From a candidate division WOR-3 bacterium (GTDB taxonomy: Bacteria > Hydrothermota > UBA3073 > NMUJ01): DNA of 35,947 nt. Location of the stretch: NCBI GenBank assembly GCA_021158725.1, contig JAGGUB010000066.1:1-35947 (forward strand), in the 5' to 3' direction. Each line of letters opens with the position of its first letter. Within the stretch, counting starts at the first letter, position 1. Made by a program: the position numbers and the translations under genes. Positions 1 to 9,140 of this stretch are shown one piece after another. The notes under the pieces were generated by a model. That model was not told where the DNA came from. It was given only the letters and a program-made list of their open reading frames with translations, and made no database searches.

Positions 1-429
1 TGGGTTAGCATTCAGCTGCCCACATATCATCATATTATGTAAGCTATCAGCCGTCTCCCAGATTGCTACACCTATCTCACCCGTAGTTCCTGTGTTATAC
101 TTACGATATACCGCCATCAGGTAACCACCTGCATAATCAACCGGCTCGTTAGCTGATAGATACCACCCATATCCATGGTTGGACGAGTCAAACAGTATCG
201 GTTCATGTATTATAACACCTTTCACATACCGTGCCGTGTACGTTGGCGGCTCACCCGGTGTACCTATTGGCGTCTCTGCAACCGGTTCACACATCACCAA
301 CCGCTTACCTAATATGGGCTTCACCCGCTCTATATTTGCCACACGTAGCTCGTCACCCGTTACCACACGTCCCTCTGCGGTTACTGCGATAAAAATGACC
401 ACAACCAACCACCCAAATGAACGCTTCAT
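1..429 (-). CDS. Secreted hypothetical protein, N-terminal 143 aa (runs off the window)
   Basis: Not in the ORF track because it has no stop in the window. On the minus strand AAAGGAGG precedes the ATG at 429. The frame MKRSFGWLVVVIFIAVTAEG... is signal-peptide-like and stays open to position 1. Confidence 0.8.
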   Translation of the reverse strand, partial: MKRSFGWLVVVIFIAVTAEGRVVTGDELRVANIERVKPILGKRLVMCEPVAETPIGTPGEPPTYTARYVKGVIIHEPILFDSSNHGYGWYLSANEPVDYAGGYLMAVYRKYNTGTTGEIGVAIWETADSLHNMMICGQLNANP

Positions 430-450
430 CCTTCCTCCTTTCAGCTAATT

Positions 451-477
451 AATTTACACATCCTATCATCACGTCAA
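451..477 (-). promoter_or_regulatory. Putative sigma70-type promoter TTGACG-N15-TAAATT
   Basis: The reverse complement of 472-477 is TTGACG and of 451-456 is TAAATT, upstream of the SD of the 429 gene. Confidence 0.55.
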
Positions 478-530
478 CATAACACCTTTTGCATACTTTA
501 CTTTATAATCAATATTTTATTTTAATCAAT

Positions 531-2282
531 ATGGATTCACGCAGAATGTTTACCCAGTACCTACGTCGATACTGGAGATTGATCACCTTAGGGCTTATCT
601 CGTTAATCCTTGTCGACACCATACAGCTGTTCATACCACGTGTCATCAAATACGCTATAGATAGCCTCACCACAGGTGAAGCCACCTTCTCATTACTACT
701 TAAGTATGCATCCACCGTATTCCTGCTCGCAATAGGTATACTGGTATTTAGGTTCGGTTGGCGTTACTTCATATTTGGTACCGCCAGACGTGTAGAGCGT
801 GACCTACGACGTGACCTGTTCGCGCACCTCGAATCCCTACATCTCCATTTCTACAAAGACCATAAGGTAGGTACCCTCATGGCACACCTTACCAACGACC
901 TTGATGCCGTCGTCATGGCCATCGGTATGGGCCTCGTAACCGCTGTCGATGCCGTACTCTGGAGTAGCTTCACGATAATATTCATGTTGCTTATCAATGT
1001 ACAGCTCACCTTATATGTGATAATACCATTACCACTACTTGCATACTTAACGTTCTACTTTTCACGCCAAATCTTTACGCGGTTCGAACGTGTACAATCG
1101 AGTTTCGCCAACCTCACCTCCACCGTACAGGAGCAGCTCACCGGCATCCATCTCATAAAAGCCTACAACGAAACCGCCACCGCATTGGATAAACTCAAAC
1201 GTTCCAGCCTCTCCTACGTATCACGTAACTTGAGCTTCATCAAAGTCTACGCACTGTTCTTCCCGCTTGTGTTCTTCATTGCAAACATATCGCTCGCACT
1301 ATTGCTGTGGTTAGGTGGTAAATCCACGATACTTGGTACAATCACTATCGGCGACTTTGTCGCATTCCAAACCTATCTCGGTATGCTCATGTGGCCCATC
1401 ATGGGTTTAGGCTACACATTCACTGTACTGCAACGCGGTCGTGCCTCCTGGCAACGCCTATACAAGTTGTTTGCTACCAAACCAGCAATCAAATCACCTC
1501 CTCACCCAGTAAAGCCCAAACATCCCATCGGCAATTTAGCCTTCCATCACGTATACTTCGCATATCCGGATCAACCCACCCATTACGTGCTTAAAGACAT
1601 CAACCTCGAGATACCGAAGGGTACCTTCCTCGGCATAGCGGGTGAGATAGGTAGCGGTAAATCCACACTCGCACTATTACTTGCACGCATGTACGATCCA
1701 ACTGATGGCCGTATAACGTTTGACGGTATCGACTTACGTGAGTTAGATCTACAATTTCTACGTCGTTTCATCGTACATGTACCACAGCAAACCTTCCTGT
1801 TCTCCACCACCATCCGAGATAACATAGCATTCGGTAACCCCACCGCCTCCGATGAAGCCATCACCCACGTCTGTAAGCTTGCACAGATATACGATGAGAT
1901 AATGGAGTTCGAGGATGGCCTCAATACCGTAGTGGGTGAGAAAGGCGTTACCCTGTCTGGTGGCCAACGTCAACGTATCACATTAGCACGTGCGTTACTT
2001 ATGGAACCCGAAATACTCGTGTTGGACGACCCATTCTCATCCGTAGATTCTGAGCACGAAGTTAAAATCATCAAATCCCTATGTGATCACCTACGTGGTA
2101 AAACCCTCATCCTTATATCACATAGATTGAACAGCATGCGTTTCATGGACAAGATCATCGTGCTTAAAGATGGCACAATTGTTGAAACCGGTAGCTTCAA
2201 CGAACTACTCCTACGTGAGGGCGTATTCTTTGACCTCTACCGTAAACAGCAATTAAAGGAGCGCATATGGAAAAACCTGTAA
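531..2282 (+). CDS. ABC exporter, TMD-NBD half transporter (MdlA/YheI-like), subunit 1 of a heterodimer
   Basis: Hydrophobic N-terminal TMD, Walker A GEIGSGKST, signature LSGGQRQR, degenerate Walker B ILVLDD, H-switch ISHR. ATG 531 is preferred over TTG 489. Confidence 0.92.
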   Translation: MDSRRMFTQYLRRYWRLITLGLISLILVDTIQLFIPRVIKYAIDSLTTGEATFSLLLKYASTVFLLAIGILVFRFGWRYFIFGTARRVERDLRRDLFAHLESLHLHFYKDHKVGTLMAHLTNDLDAVVMAIGMGLVTAVDAVLWSSFTIIFMLLINVQLTLYVIIPLPLLAYLTFYFSRQIFTRFERVQSSFANLTSTVQEQLTGIHLIKAYNETATALDKLKRSSLSYVSRNLSFIKVYALFFPLVFFIANISLALLLWLGGKSTILGTITIGDFVAFQTYLGMLMWPIMGLGYTFTVLQRGRASWQRLYKLFATKPAIKSPPHPVKPKHPIGNLAFHHVYFAYPDQPTHYVLKDINLEIPKGTFLGIAGEIGSGKSTLALLLARMYDPTDGRITFDGIDLRELDLQFLRRFIVHVPQQTFLFSTTIRDNIAFGNPTASDEAITHVCKLAQIYDEIMEFEDGLNTVVGEKGVTLSGGQRQRITLARALLMEPEILVLDDPFSSVDSEHEVKIIKSLCDHLRGKTLILISHRLNSMRFMDKIIVLKDGTIVETGSFNELLLREGVFFDLYRKQQLKERIWKNL

Positions 2283-4240
2283 AGACATACGATTGGCGTA
2301 TCGTATTGTGGATAGGTAAATTCGTACGTCCATACCTATGGGTTATCGCCATACTGATACCTATCGTTATGATCTCCGTGGCGATACAGGCTGGGTTACC
2401 ACTCATCACCCGTACTGCTATCGATCGCTACATAATGCCTACATACCATAAGATATTGCCACCACCTAACGTGAAGATAGAGGGGCTCATCCCATACAAA
2501 GATTCTGTGTACTTGATACCCACCGCACGTATAAAGGAGTTACCGCCTGCACTTTATCGTCAACTTGTTGCATCCGGCCGCCTCTCTCTGGTAAAATACT
2601 ATTACAAGCCATCACAAAACCTATTAGTGAGGGTTGACGAGCTACATAAGATTCCACCACGTGAACTATTCTCACTACGTCGTGAGGATATACTGGGGCT
2701 ACGTAAGTTAGCCACCTTATTTGTGATATTGATCATATCGCTATTTGTAACACAATGGCTCAGCGATTACATCGTGGGTTGGTTAGGTCAAAAGGTAACC
2801 CATTCCATACGTATGAAGTTAGGTACACACCTGATGACGTTGGGGTTACCTTACTTTCATCGTAACCCCTCCGGTCGTATCCTTACGCGGTTGACGAACG
2901 ATTCACGTAAACTACAGGAGATATTTGAAAGCACCCTCATCGTGTTGGTCTCAGAACCTTTTCTGTTCATCGCAATAGCTGTCGTCATGTGGCGGCTCGA
3001 TCATCGGTTAGCACTCATCGGCTATGGGTTACTACCATTGGTAATCTTGTTATCAAACCTATTCCGTACGCGGTTCCGTCGCATCTATCGCGAAGTACGT
3101 AGGCTATTGGGTAAACTTAACACGATGCTAAACGAATCCTTCATGGGTATCAGTGTCATACAACTGTTCAACCAACAATCCCGCATACTCGATAAGTTCG
3201 ATTCCATAAATATCAACTACTTCAAGGCCAACCTCAAACGCATTGTAGTCTTCGGCTTATTCTATCCGCTGATGGTCGTCATCCAATACCTTGCTGTAGC
3301 GTTGCTCATACTCTATGGCGGTAAGTCCGTACTCGCCAACACATTGACAATAGGTGTGTTGACTGCATTCCTTAGCTACTTACGTATGTTTTTCCGTCCA
3401 GTACAAAACATAAGTGCACAATTTAACGTAATCCAGGAGGGGCTAACTGCCGCCGAACGTATGCGTGAGATATTTGAATCCAAAGAACGTGAGATAGATC
3501 CCGTCACCGCCAAACGTATCAAGGTTAAGGGTAACATCGAATTCCGTAATGTACATTTCGCCTACAACAGTACACCCGTACTTAAGGGGGTAACCTTCTC
3601 AATAAAAGCAGGTGAAAAGGTTGCCCTTGTAGGGCCAACCGGTGCAGGTAAAACCACTATCATCAACCTGTTGTTGAAATTCTACCTACCCAAACAAGGT
3701 AGCATACTTATTGATGGTATCGACCTACGCGATATCGAACGTACACATTTGCGTTCACAAATAGGTATCGTCTTACAAGAGCCGTTTCTATTCACCGGTA
3801 CACTACGTGAGAACATAGAGTTTGGTCGCAAACTATCCGACGATGAACTCGACCGTGTGGTTGAATATGCACAACTGAAACCACTTGTGTCACGTTTACC
3901 GGATGGACTCAACACCATAATAAGAAGTGACACCCTCTCCGCGGGTGAACGTCAGCTCGTCTCCATCGCACGTACGCTTGCACGTAACCCCACCATCGTG
4001 ATACTGGATGAGGCCACCTCGAACATCGACCCCGAAACCGAATCCCTGCTACAGATAGGTATTAAAAACCTGTTAGCGAACCGTACCGGTATAATTATCG
4101 CACATCGGCTATCGACCATCAAGCTGGTGGACCGTATCTTCGTCCTATGGGACGGCAAGTTAGTCGAATCCGGTACCCATGATGAGCTACTCAAACGCAA
4201 CGGCCCATACGCAACACTGTACCGGTTACAGTACGAATGA
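2267..4240 (+). CDS. ABC exporter, TMD-NBD half transporter (MdlB/YheH-like), subunit 2, with an extracytoplasmic insertion
   Basis: SD AAGGAG before the ATG. Walker A GPTGAGKT, degenerate signature LSAGERQ, Walker B ILDEATS, IAHR. There is a roughly 80-aa hydrophilic loop after TM1. Confidence 0.92.
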   Translation: MEKPVKTYDWRIVLWIGKFVRPYLWVIAILIPIVMISVAIQAGLPLITRTAIDRYIMPTYHKILPPPNVKIEGLIPYKDSVYLIPTARIKELPPALYRQLVASGRLSLVKYYYKPSQNLLVRVDELHKIPPRELFSLRREDILGLRKLATLFVILIISLFVTQWLSDYIVGWLGQKVTHSIRMKLGTHLMTLGLPYFHRNPSGRILTRLTNDSRKLQEIFESTLIVLVSEPFLFIAIAVVMWRLDHRLALIGYGLLPLVILLSNLFRTRFRRIYREVRRLLGKLNTMLNESFMGISVIQLFNQQSRILDKFDSININYFKANLKRIVVFGLFYPLMVVIQYLAVALLILYGGKSVLANTLTIGVLTAFLSYLRMFFRPVQNISAQFNVIQEGLTAAERMREIFESKEREIDPVTAKRIKVKGNIEFRNVHFAYNSTPVLKGVTFSIKAGEKVALVGPTGAGKTTIINLLLKFYLPKQGSILIDGIDLRDIERTHLRSQIGIVLQEPFLFTGTLRENIEFGRKLSDDELDRVVEYAQLKPLVSRLPDGLNTIIRSDTLSAGERQLVSIARTLARNPTIVILDEATSNIDPETESLLQIGIKNLLANRTGIIIAHRLSTIKLVDRIFVLWDGKLVESGTHDELLKRNGPYATLYRLQYE

Positions 4241-4242
4241 GC

Positions 4243-4270
4243 TTGCCTCTACATTAAATCCACTTATATT
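4243..4270 (+). promoter_or_regulatory. Putative promoter TTGCCT-N16-TATATT for tRNA-Leu-tig-clpP
   Basis: Hexamers at 4243-4248 and 4265-4270, 8 nt before the tRNA 5' end. Confidence 0.5.
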
Positions 4271-4278
4271 TATAAGCT

Positions 4279-4360
4279 GCGAGGGTGGCGGAACTGGTAG
4301 ACGCGCTGGATTTAGGATCCAGTCCCTCACGGGGTAGGGGTTCGAGTCCCCTCCCTCGCA
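4279..4360 (+). tRNA. tRNA-Leu (anticodon TAG), CCA not encoded
   Basis: Acceptor stem GCGAGGG/CCCTCGC plus A73, D-loop AACTGGTAGA, anticodon arm CTGGA-TT TAG GA-TCCAG, long variable arm, T-loop TTCGAGT. Confidence 0.96.
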
Positions 4361-4367
4361 TTAGATA

Positions 4368-5528
4368 ATGGAATACAAGATCGAGCGTTTAGGTGATTGT
4401 GAACTCCTACTCCACATCTATATCCCCAAGGAGGTTGTCGACCAAAAAGTTGACTCCAAACTCAGATCCTACCAACGTACCGCGAAACTACCTGGCTTCC
4501 GCAAGGGTAAAGCCCCCATGGATATCATCTACCGCAAATACTATGATACTGCCTTACAGGAGGTGATCACTGAGCTAATCGAATCCACCAGCCGCGATAT
4601 CATCGCTAAGGAGAACCTGAGGCTGCTCACACGTGGCGAACTACTCGAAAGCAAGTGGCATGACACCACACTCGTATCAACAATAAAGCTGGAGGTCTTC
4701 CCACAGATAGAGTTTGGCGATTATGGTGAGCTTGAGGTAAGGATACCCGATTTTAAGCTCAAAGACGATGAGCTCACCGCCATACTTGAACGGCTCTGTC
4801 AGCTACATCCACGCTACACCCCACACACTCATATAACCGAACATACCGTACAGACTGTGAGCTTCACCATCAACCTCAGGTGGCGTGGCCTCTGGCGTAC
4901 GTTTAGGGTGGACGATTTCATGTTCTTCATAGATGAGAAGTTTTTCCCCAACCCCATAAATACCGAGCTACTAAACAAAAAGGTAGGCACCACGTTGGAG
5001 TTGAAACACGAGTATCCACTCGACTACGAAGATCCCGACCTCAAAGGTGAGCAGGTAGAATATAAGTTCCGTATCGAGAATGTCGAATTACCTTCACCTA
5101 TCACCGTACGTGAACTCGCCTCTACACTTGGGTTCAAAAGCGAACAATCCCTACGCAAGACACTTAGATCCATACTTCAACAGTATCGTGAAACCAAACG
5201 CCATACGGTGTTGAAATACAAATTACTCGAAACCCTACGTCAAACGTATGCATTTGAACCACCCCCACGTATTGTTGAAGCTTATGAAAAGGCTTTACTC
5301 GAACACTATAGGGAGCAACACGATGTACTCGATCACAACCTACGTACAACGATCAAGAAGCTCGCCCATATGCAAGCACAGGAAGATATACTCATACAGT
5401 TGATTGCTGCTAAAGAAGGGCTCCACGGTAAGGAGCTCACCCAGAAAGTTATTGACTTTTTACTCGATAAAGTAAAAATAATAGAAGAAACAGAACACAA
5501 AGGAGGAAATAAAGATGCGTCACGATGA
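4368..5528 (+). CDS. tig: Trigger factor (divergent FKBP and C-terminal domains)
   Basis: Ribosome-binding signature [13 protein letters not shown]-like [17 protein letters not shown], and the conserved tRNA-Leu-tig-clpP context. Confidence 0.88.
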   Translation: MEYKIERLGDCELLLHIYIPKEVVDQKVDSKLRSYQRTAKLPGFRKGKAPMDIIYRKYYDTALQEVITELIESTSRDIIAKENLRLLTRGELLESKWHDTTLVSTIKLEVFPQIEFGDYGELEVRIPDFKLKDDELTAILERLCQLHPRYTPHTHITEHTVQTVSFTINLRWRGLWRTFRVDDFMFFIDEKFFPNPINTELLNKKVGTTLELKHEYPLDYEDPDLKGEQVEYKFRIENVELPSPITVRELASTLGFKSEQSLRKTLRSILQQYRETKRHTVLKYKLLETLRQTYAFEPPPRIVEAYEKALLEHYREQHDVLDHNLRTTIKKLAHMQAQEDILIQLIAAKEGLHGKELTQKVIDFLLDKVKIIEETEHKGGNKDASR

Positions 5529-6120
5529 TTATAATCAATTAGTACCCATCGTTATAGAATCGACACGTCACGGCGAACGTGCATACGATATCTTCTCACG
5601 CTTGTTGAAGGATCGCATCGTAATCATAGGTGCACCCATCACAGATGCATTTGCTGCAAGTATAATTGCGCAGCTGCTGTTCCTCGAGTCAGAAGACCCC
5701 AAAAAGGATATCTATCTCTACATCGATAGCCCAGGTGGCTCGATACCTGCCGGGCTCGCTATATATGATACCATCCAGTACATACGACCAGATGTAAGCA
5801 CAATCTGTATGGGGTTGGCTGCATCCATGGCAGCATTACTGTTAGCTGCGGGTACACCCGGTAAACGCTATGCGTTACCTCACGCCCGTATATTGATACA
5901 CCAACCCATGAGCGGTGTATCGGGTCAGGTAACCGACATCGTCATACATGCGAAAGAGATCATGCGTTTACGTGAGGAGCTCAACCGCATACTCGCCAAA
6001 CACACAGGCCAACCGATCGAAAAGATTGCCCAAGATACCGAACGTGACTACTGGATGACCGCCGAAGAGGCACGTGCCTACGGTATCGTTGACAAGGTAA
6101 TCGAACGTCGCGAGAAGTAA
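5515..6120 (+). CDS. clpP: ATP-dependent Clp protease proteolytic subunit
   Basis: [25 protein letters not shown] (catalytic Ser), IHQP (His), ERDYW (Asp). SD AGGAGG. Confidence 0.97.
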   Translation: MRHDDYNQLVPIVIESTRHGERAYDIFSRLLKDRIVIIGAPITDAFAASIIAQLLFLESEDPKKDIYLYIDSPGGSIPAGLAIYDTIQYIRPDVSTICMGLAASMAALLLAAGTPGKRYALPHARILIHQPMSGVSGQVTDIVIHAKEIMRLREELNRILAKHTGQPIEKIAQDTERDYWMTAEEARAYGIVDKVIERREK

Positions 6121-6121
6121 C

Positions 6122-7387
6122 CTATTCACCTGTGAAATCCCAAACCTTCTCCCCCACTATGGTGTAAAGTACCTTACCCTTTAGACGTTTACCGAGGAAT
6201 GGCGAGTTACGTGATAACGAACGCGGTGAATCGAACACCCACTCAGCTTCCGGGTCGAACACCACCAGTTCAGCAGATTCACCTTCTTTTAGCCACCCCT
6301 TATCTAACCCCAATATCTTTGCGGGGTTCACCGTCAACTTAGCTATAAACGTTATCCAATCCAGCTCACCCGTATTCACAAGCTTATCCACCAACACCGG
6401 TAACGCAGTCTCCAACCCTATTATCCCAAAGGGTGCATCAATAAACTGTAGCTCCTTTTCGAACGATGCATGTGGTGCATGATCTGTTGCAATAACATCA
6501 ATCGTACCATCCTTCAATGCTTCAATAAGTGCAACCCTATCACGTTCCGTACGTAGGGGTGGGTTAACTTTATAATTCGTATCGTAAGGGTTGGCCAACA
6601 CATCCTCCTCAGTAAATATCAAATGATGTGGTGTCACCTCCGCAGTCACCTTTACACCCTCAGCCTTAGCTTCACGTATAAGGGAGACCGCACCTTCTGT
6701 TGATACATGTGCAAAATGTACCCTACCACCTGTGTATTTCGCCAGATATATATCACGTGCTACCATTATATCCTCAGCAATACTCGGTATACCGGGTAGA
6801 CCCAACTTCAGTGCCACAACACCCTCGTTCACCACACCACGACCGCTCAACCTCTTATCCTCCGCATGTGATATCACCGGTATATCGAATATCTTCGCAT
6901 ATTCGAGTGCACGTCTCATGATACCTGAATCCAGCACAGGGTCACCATCGTCACTAATAGCTACAGCACCCGCCTCCACCATATCACCAATCTCTGCCAA
7001 CTCCTTACCCATACGGGATTTGGTAATCGCACCCACGGGTAACACCGTAGCCTCTTTCTTAGCCTCCAGTATAAATCGTACCAACCCACCGTTATCCACT
7101 GGCGGTGTGGTGTTAGCCATACACACAAGTGTGGTGAACCCACCCGCCACACCCGCAATGCTACCGGTGTAGATGGTCTCTTCGTCTTCACGTCCAGGTT
7201 CACGCAGATGTGTATGCATATCGATAAGCCCCGGTATGACAATTTTGCCCCTCGCATCTATCAGCAGATCAGGTTGAACCGCCTCACCTGCACCTACTAT
7301 TTTACCGTCCACAATTAGTATGTCTGCTATCTCATCCCTGTTGTTACCGGGATCCACTATCCTGCCACCTACTATCCGTATTTTCAT
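6122..7387 (-). CDS. pyrC: Dihydroorotase (class I)
   Basis: DMHTHLREPG, MANT, EVTPHHL, KVNPPLR, TDHAPH, SRNSPF. Start placed at ATG 7387 (MKIRIVGGRIVDP). Confidence 0.95.
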   Translation of the reverse strand: MKIRIVGGRIVDPGNNRDEIADILIVDGKIVGAGEAVQPDLLIDARGKIVIPGLIDMHTHLREPGREDEETIYTGSIAGVAGGFTTLVCMANTTPPVDNGGLVRFILEAKKEATVLPVGAITKSRMGKELAEIGDMVEAGAVAISDDGDPVLDSGIMRRALEYAKIFDIPVISHAEDKRLSGRGVVNEGVVALKLGLPGIPSIAEDIMVARDIYLAKYTGGRVHFAHVSTEGAVSLIREAKAEGVKVTAEVTPHHLIFTEEDVLANPYDTNYKVNPPLRTERDRVALIEALKDGTIDVIATDHAPHASFEKELQFIDAPFGIIGLETALPVLVDKLVNTGELDWITFIAKLTVNPAKILGLDKGWLKEGESAELVVFDPEAEWVFDSPRSLSRNSPFLGKRLKGKVLYTIVGEKVWDFTGE

Positions 7388-7390
7388 CAC

Positions 7391-7417
7391 TTGACACAAT
7401 GCTATGGTTCACATCTT
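7391..7417 (+). promoter_or_regulatory. Putative promoter TTGACA-N15-CATCTT for tRNA-Glu
   Basis: Perfect -35 at 7391-7396. CATCTT at 7412-7417 lies 8 nt before the tRNA. Confidence 0.5.
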
Positions 7418-7425
7418 TTATGGAC

Positions 7426-7500
7426 GGGGCTATCGTCTAGTCAGGCCAAGGACGCCTGGTTCTCAGCCAGGAGACTGGGGTTCAAATCCCCATAGCCCCA
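7426..7500 (+). tRNA. tRNA-Glu (anticodon CTC), CCA not encoded
   Basis: Acceptor stem GGGGCTA/TAGCCCC plus A73, anticodon arm CCTGG-TT CTC AG-CCAGG, T-arm TGGGG-TTCAAAT-CCCCA. Confidence 0.95.
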
Positions 7501-7502
7501 TT

Positions 7503-8009
7503 TTATTTTATCCGCACCCTTAACCCACCACCAAACCTGAAGTGGCTTTCTGAGCTACCATCCCAACTTGTTACACTAACCCCTATCTCACCAAACAACT
7601 GCATACGAGGTGCGAATCCAAAATCTACACCTGCACCAACTGTTGCCACCGACTGTTTGGACGATATCCCATCCGATACACTACGTAATCCGAGCCCCCC
7701 ATATCCATAGAACCCAACAGGGCCACCAAACCATGCCCTACCAAGTAACTCGATCGCTGGCTCTACGTTGTTGAAATATAAAGTTGTCGTCTCCTTACCA
7801 AACCTCACACCACCCAGGTTCGCCCTTAAATAGACACCACGTGGTAGCAATTTCACGAGCAGATTACCTCCCACATCTATATCAGTACCATCACCTGTGA
7901 TCCCATAAATTCGTGGCTCTATGAAGAGCGGGCACCCTCTGTCTATCGCATCAACTTCATGCACAATAAATATAGACACTATAGCTACACAAATAGCACC
8001 TACTCTCAT
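7503..8009 (-). CDS. Small outer-membrane beta-barrel protein
   Basis: Signal peptide, amphipathic beta-strands (FYGYGGLGL, TVGAGVDFGF, C-terminal FRFGGGLRVRI), SD GGAGGT. Confidence 0.72.
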   Translation of the reverse strand: MRVGAICVAIVSIFIVHEVDAIDRGCPLFIEPRIYGITGDGTDIDVGGNLLVKLLPRGVYLRANLGGVRFGKETTTLYFNNVEPAIELLGRAWFGGPVGFYGYGGLGLRSVSDGISSKQSVATVGAGVDFGFAPRMQLFGEIGVSVTSWDGSSESHFRFGGGLRVRIK

Positions 8010-8099
8010 CGTACCTCCATTTTATGATTTAAAATATAGCAAACCACACAAATAGCAACACTTGTCAAATTCATCACCTAACGTATTTAATTAAATAGT

Positions 8100-9140
8100 A
8101 TGGAAAGAATAGCACTTATATTAGCTGGCGGTAGGGGTGAAAGGTTCTGGCCACTATCCACACGTAAGCGTCCCAAACAGTTATTACCACTATTCAGTTC
8201 ACGTACGTTGATAGAAGAGACGTTCAACCGCCTCCAATCGTTTTTACCCACAAACAACATCTATGTGGTCACACCTATCGACCTACTACCTGCTATAAAG
8301 AAGACCTTATCCTCGCTACCGGATACCAACTTTATCGGTGAACCCGAAGGCAAAAACACCGCCCCCGCAATAGCGTTTGCAACCCTATTACTACGTGAGA
8401 GATACCCCCACGCCACCATGGGTGTGTTTCCCGCGGATCATTACATACGTGACGAATCTGCCTTCTTAAATGCCTTAGAAGTCGCCTTTAACATGGCAAC
8501 CGACGATAGGTTGATAACGTTTGGCATACCACCTACATATCCTGCAACCGGCTTCGGTTACATAGAGTTAGGCCATAAGATTGCCCCTGATGTATACGAG
8601 GTGGCACGTTTCAAGGAGAAACCCAACCAAAAGGAAGCACAGGAGTATCTGAAATCTGGCAAATACCTCTGGAACAGCGGTATGTTCGTATGGAAAATAG
8701 ATACCATTATCGATGCATTCCACAAACATGCACCTGAATTCTGGCCCGCCATGTGCGAATTCGTACACCACAAAGATGCACAAACCCTATACTCAAGCCT
8801 ACCCAGCATATCGATAGACTACGCTATAATGGAGAAAGCTCGCAACGTAGCCGTCGTCAAAGCACACTTCACCTGGAACGACATAGGTGCATGGCGTAGC
8901 TTGGAGAATATCAAACCCAAAACCGACACCAACGTTGTGGTCGGCGATTGGGTAGGTATCGACTCCTCTGATAATATCATCTATGCAGAAGATGGCATAA
9001 TTGCCACAATAGGGGTGGATAACCTGATCATTGTCAAGAGTGGCAACCGTGTCCTCGTAGCCCATAAGGATAAGGATCAAGAGATCAAAGAGCTTGTCGC
9101 CTTGCTGGCAAAAAAGAAGCGATATAACCAATACCTCTGA
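8100..9140 (+). CDS. manC: Mannose-1-phosphate guanylyltransferase
   Basis: ILAGGRGERFWPLS, PKQ, EPEGKNTAPAI, PADH, GFGYIE, FKEKP, WNSGMF, SIDYAIMEK, WNDIGAW. Confidence 0.95.
   Translation: MERIALILAGGRGERFWPLSTRKRPKQLLPLFSSRTLIEETFNRLQSFLPTNNIYVVTPIDLLPAIKKTLSSLPDTNFIGEPEGKNTAPAIAFATLLLRERYPHATMGVFPADHYIRDESAFLNALEVAFNMATDDRLITFGIPPTYPATGFGYIELGHKIAPDVYEVARFKEKPNQKEAQEYLKSGKYLWNSGMFVWKIDTIIDAFHKHAPEFWPAMCEFVHHKDAQTLYSSLPSISIDYAIMEKARNVAVVKAHFTWNDIGAWRSLENIKPKTDTNVVVGDWVGIDSSDNIIYAEDGIIATIGVDNLIIVKSGNRVLVAHKDKDQEIKELVALLAKKKRYNQYL

Noticed and set aside
179-448. 89-aa plus-strand ORF in the track
   Set aside because: It is the antisense shadow of the real minus-strand gene starting at 429, which has a clear SD and signal peptide.
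4279-7500. tRNA genes as possible integration sites for an island or prophage
   Set aside because: I saw no integrase, no duplicated tRNA 3' end and no compositional shift. The flanking genes are housekeeping.
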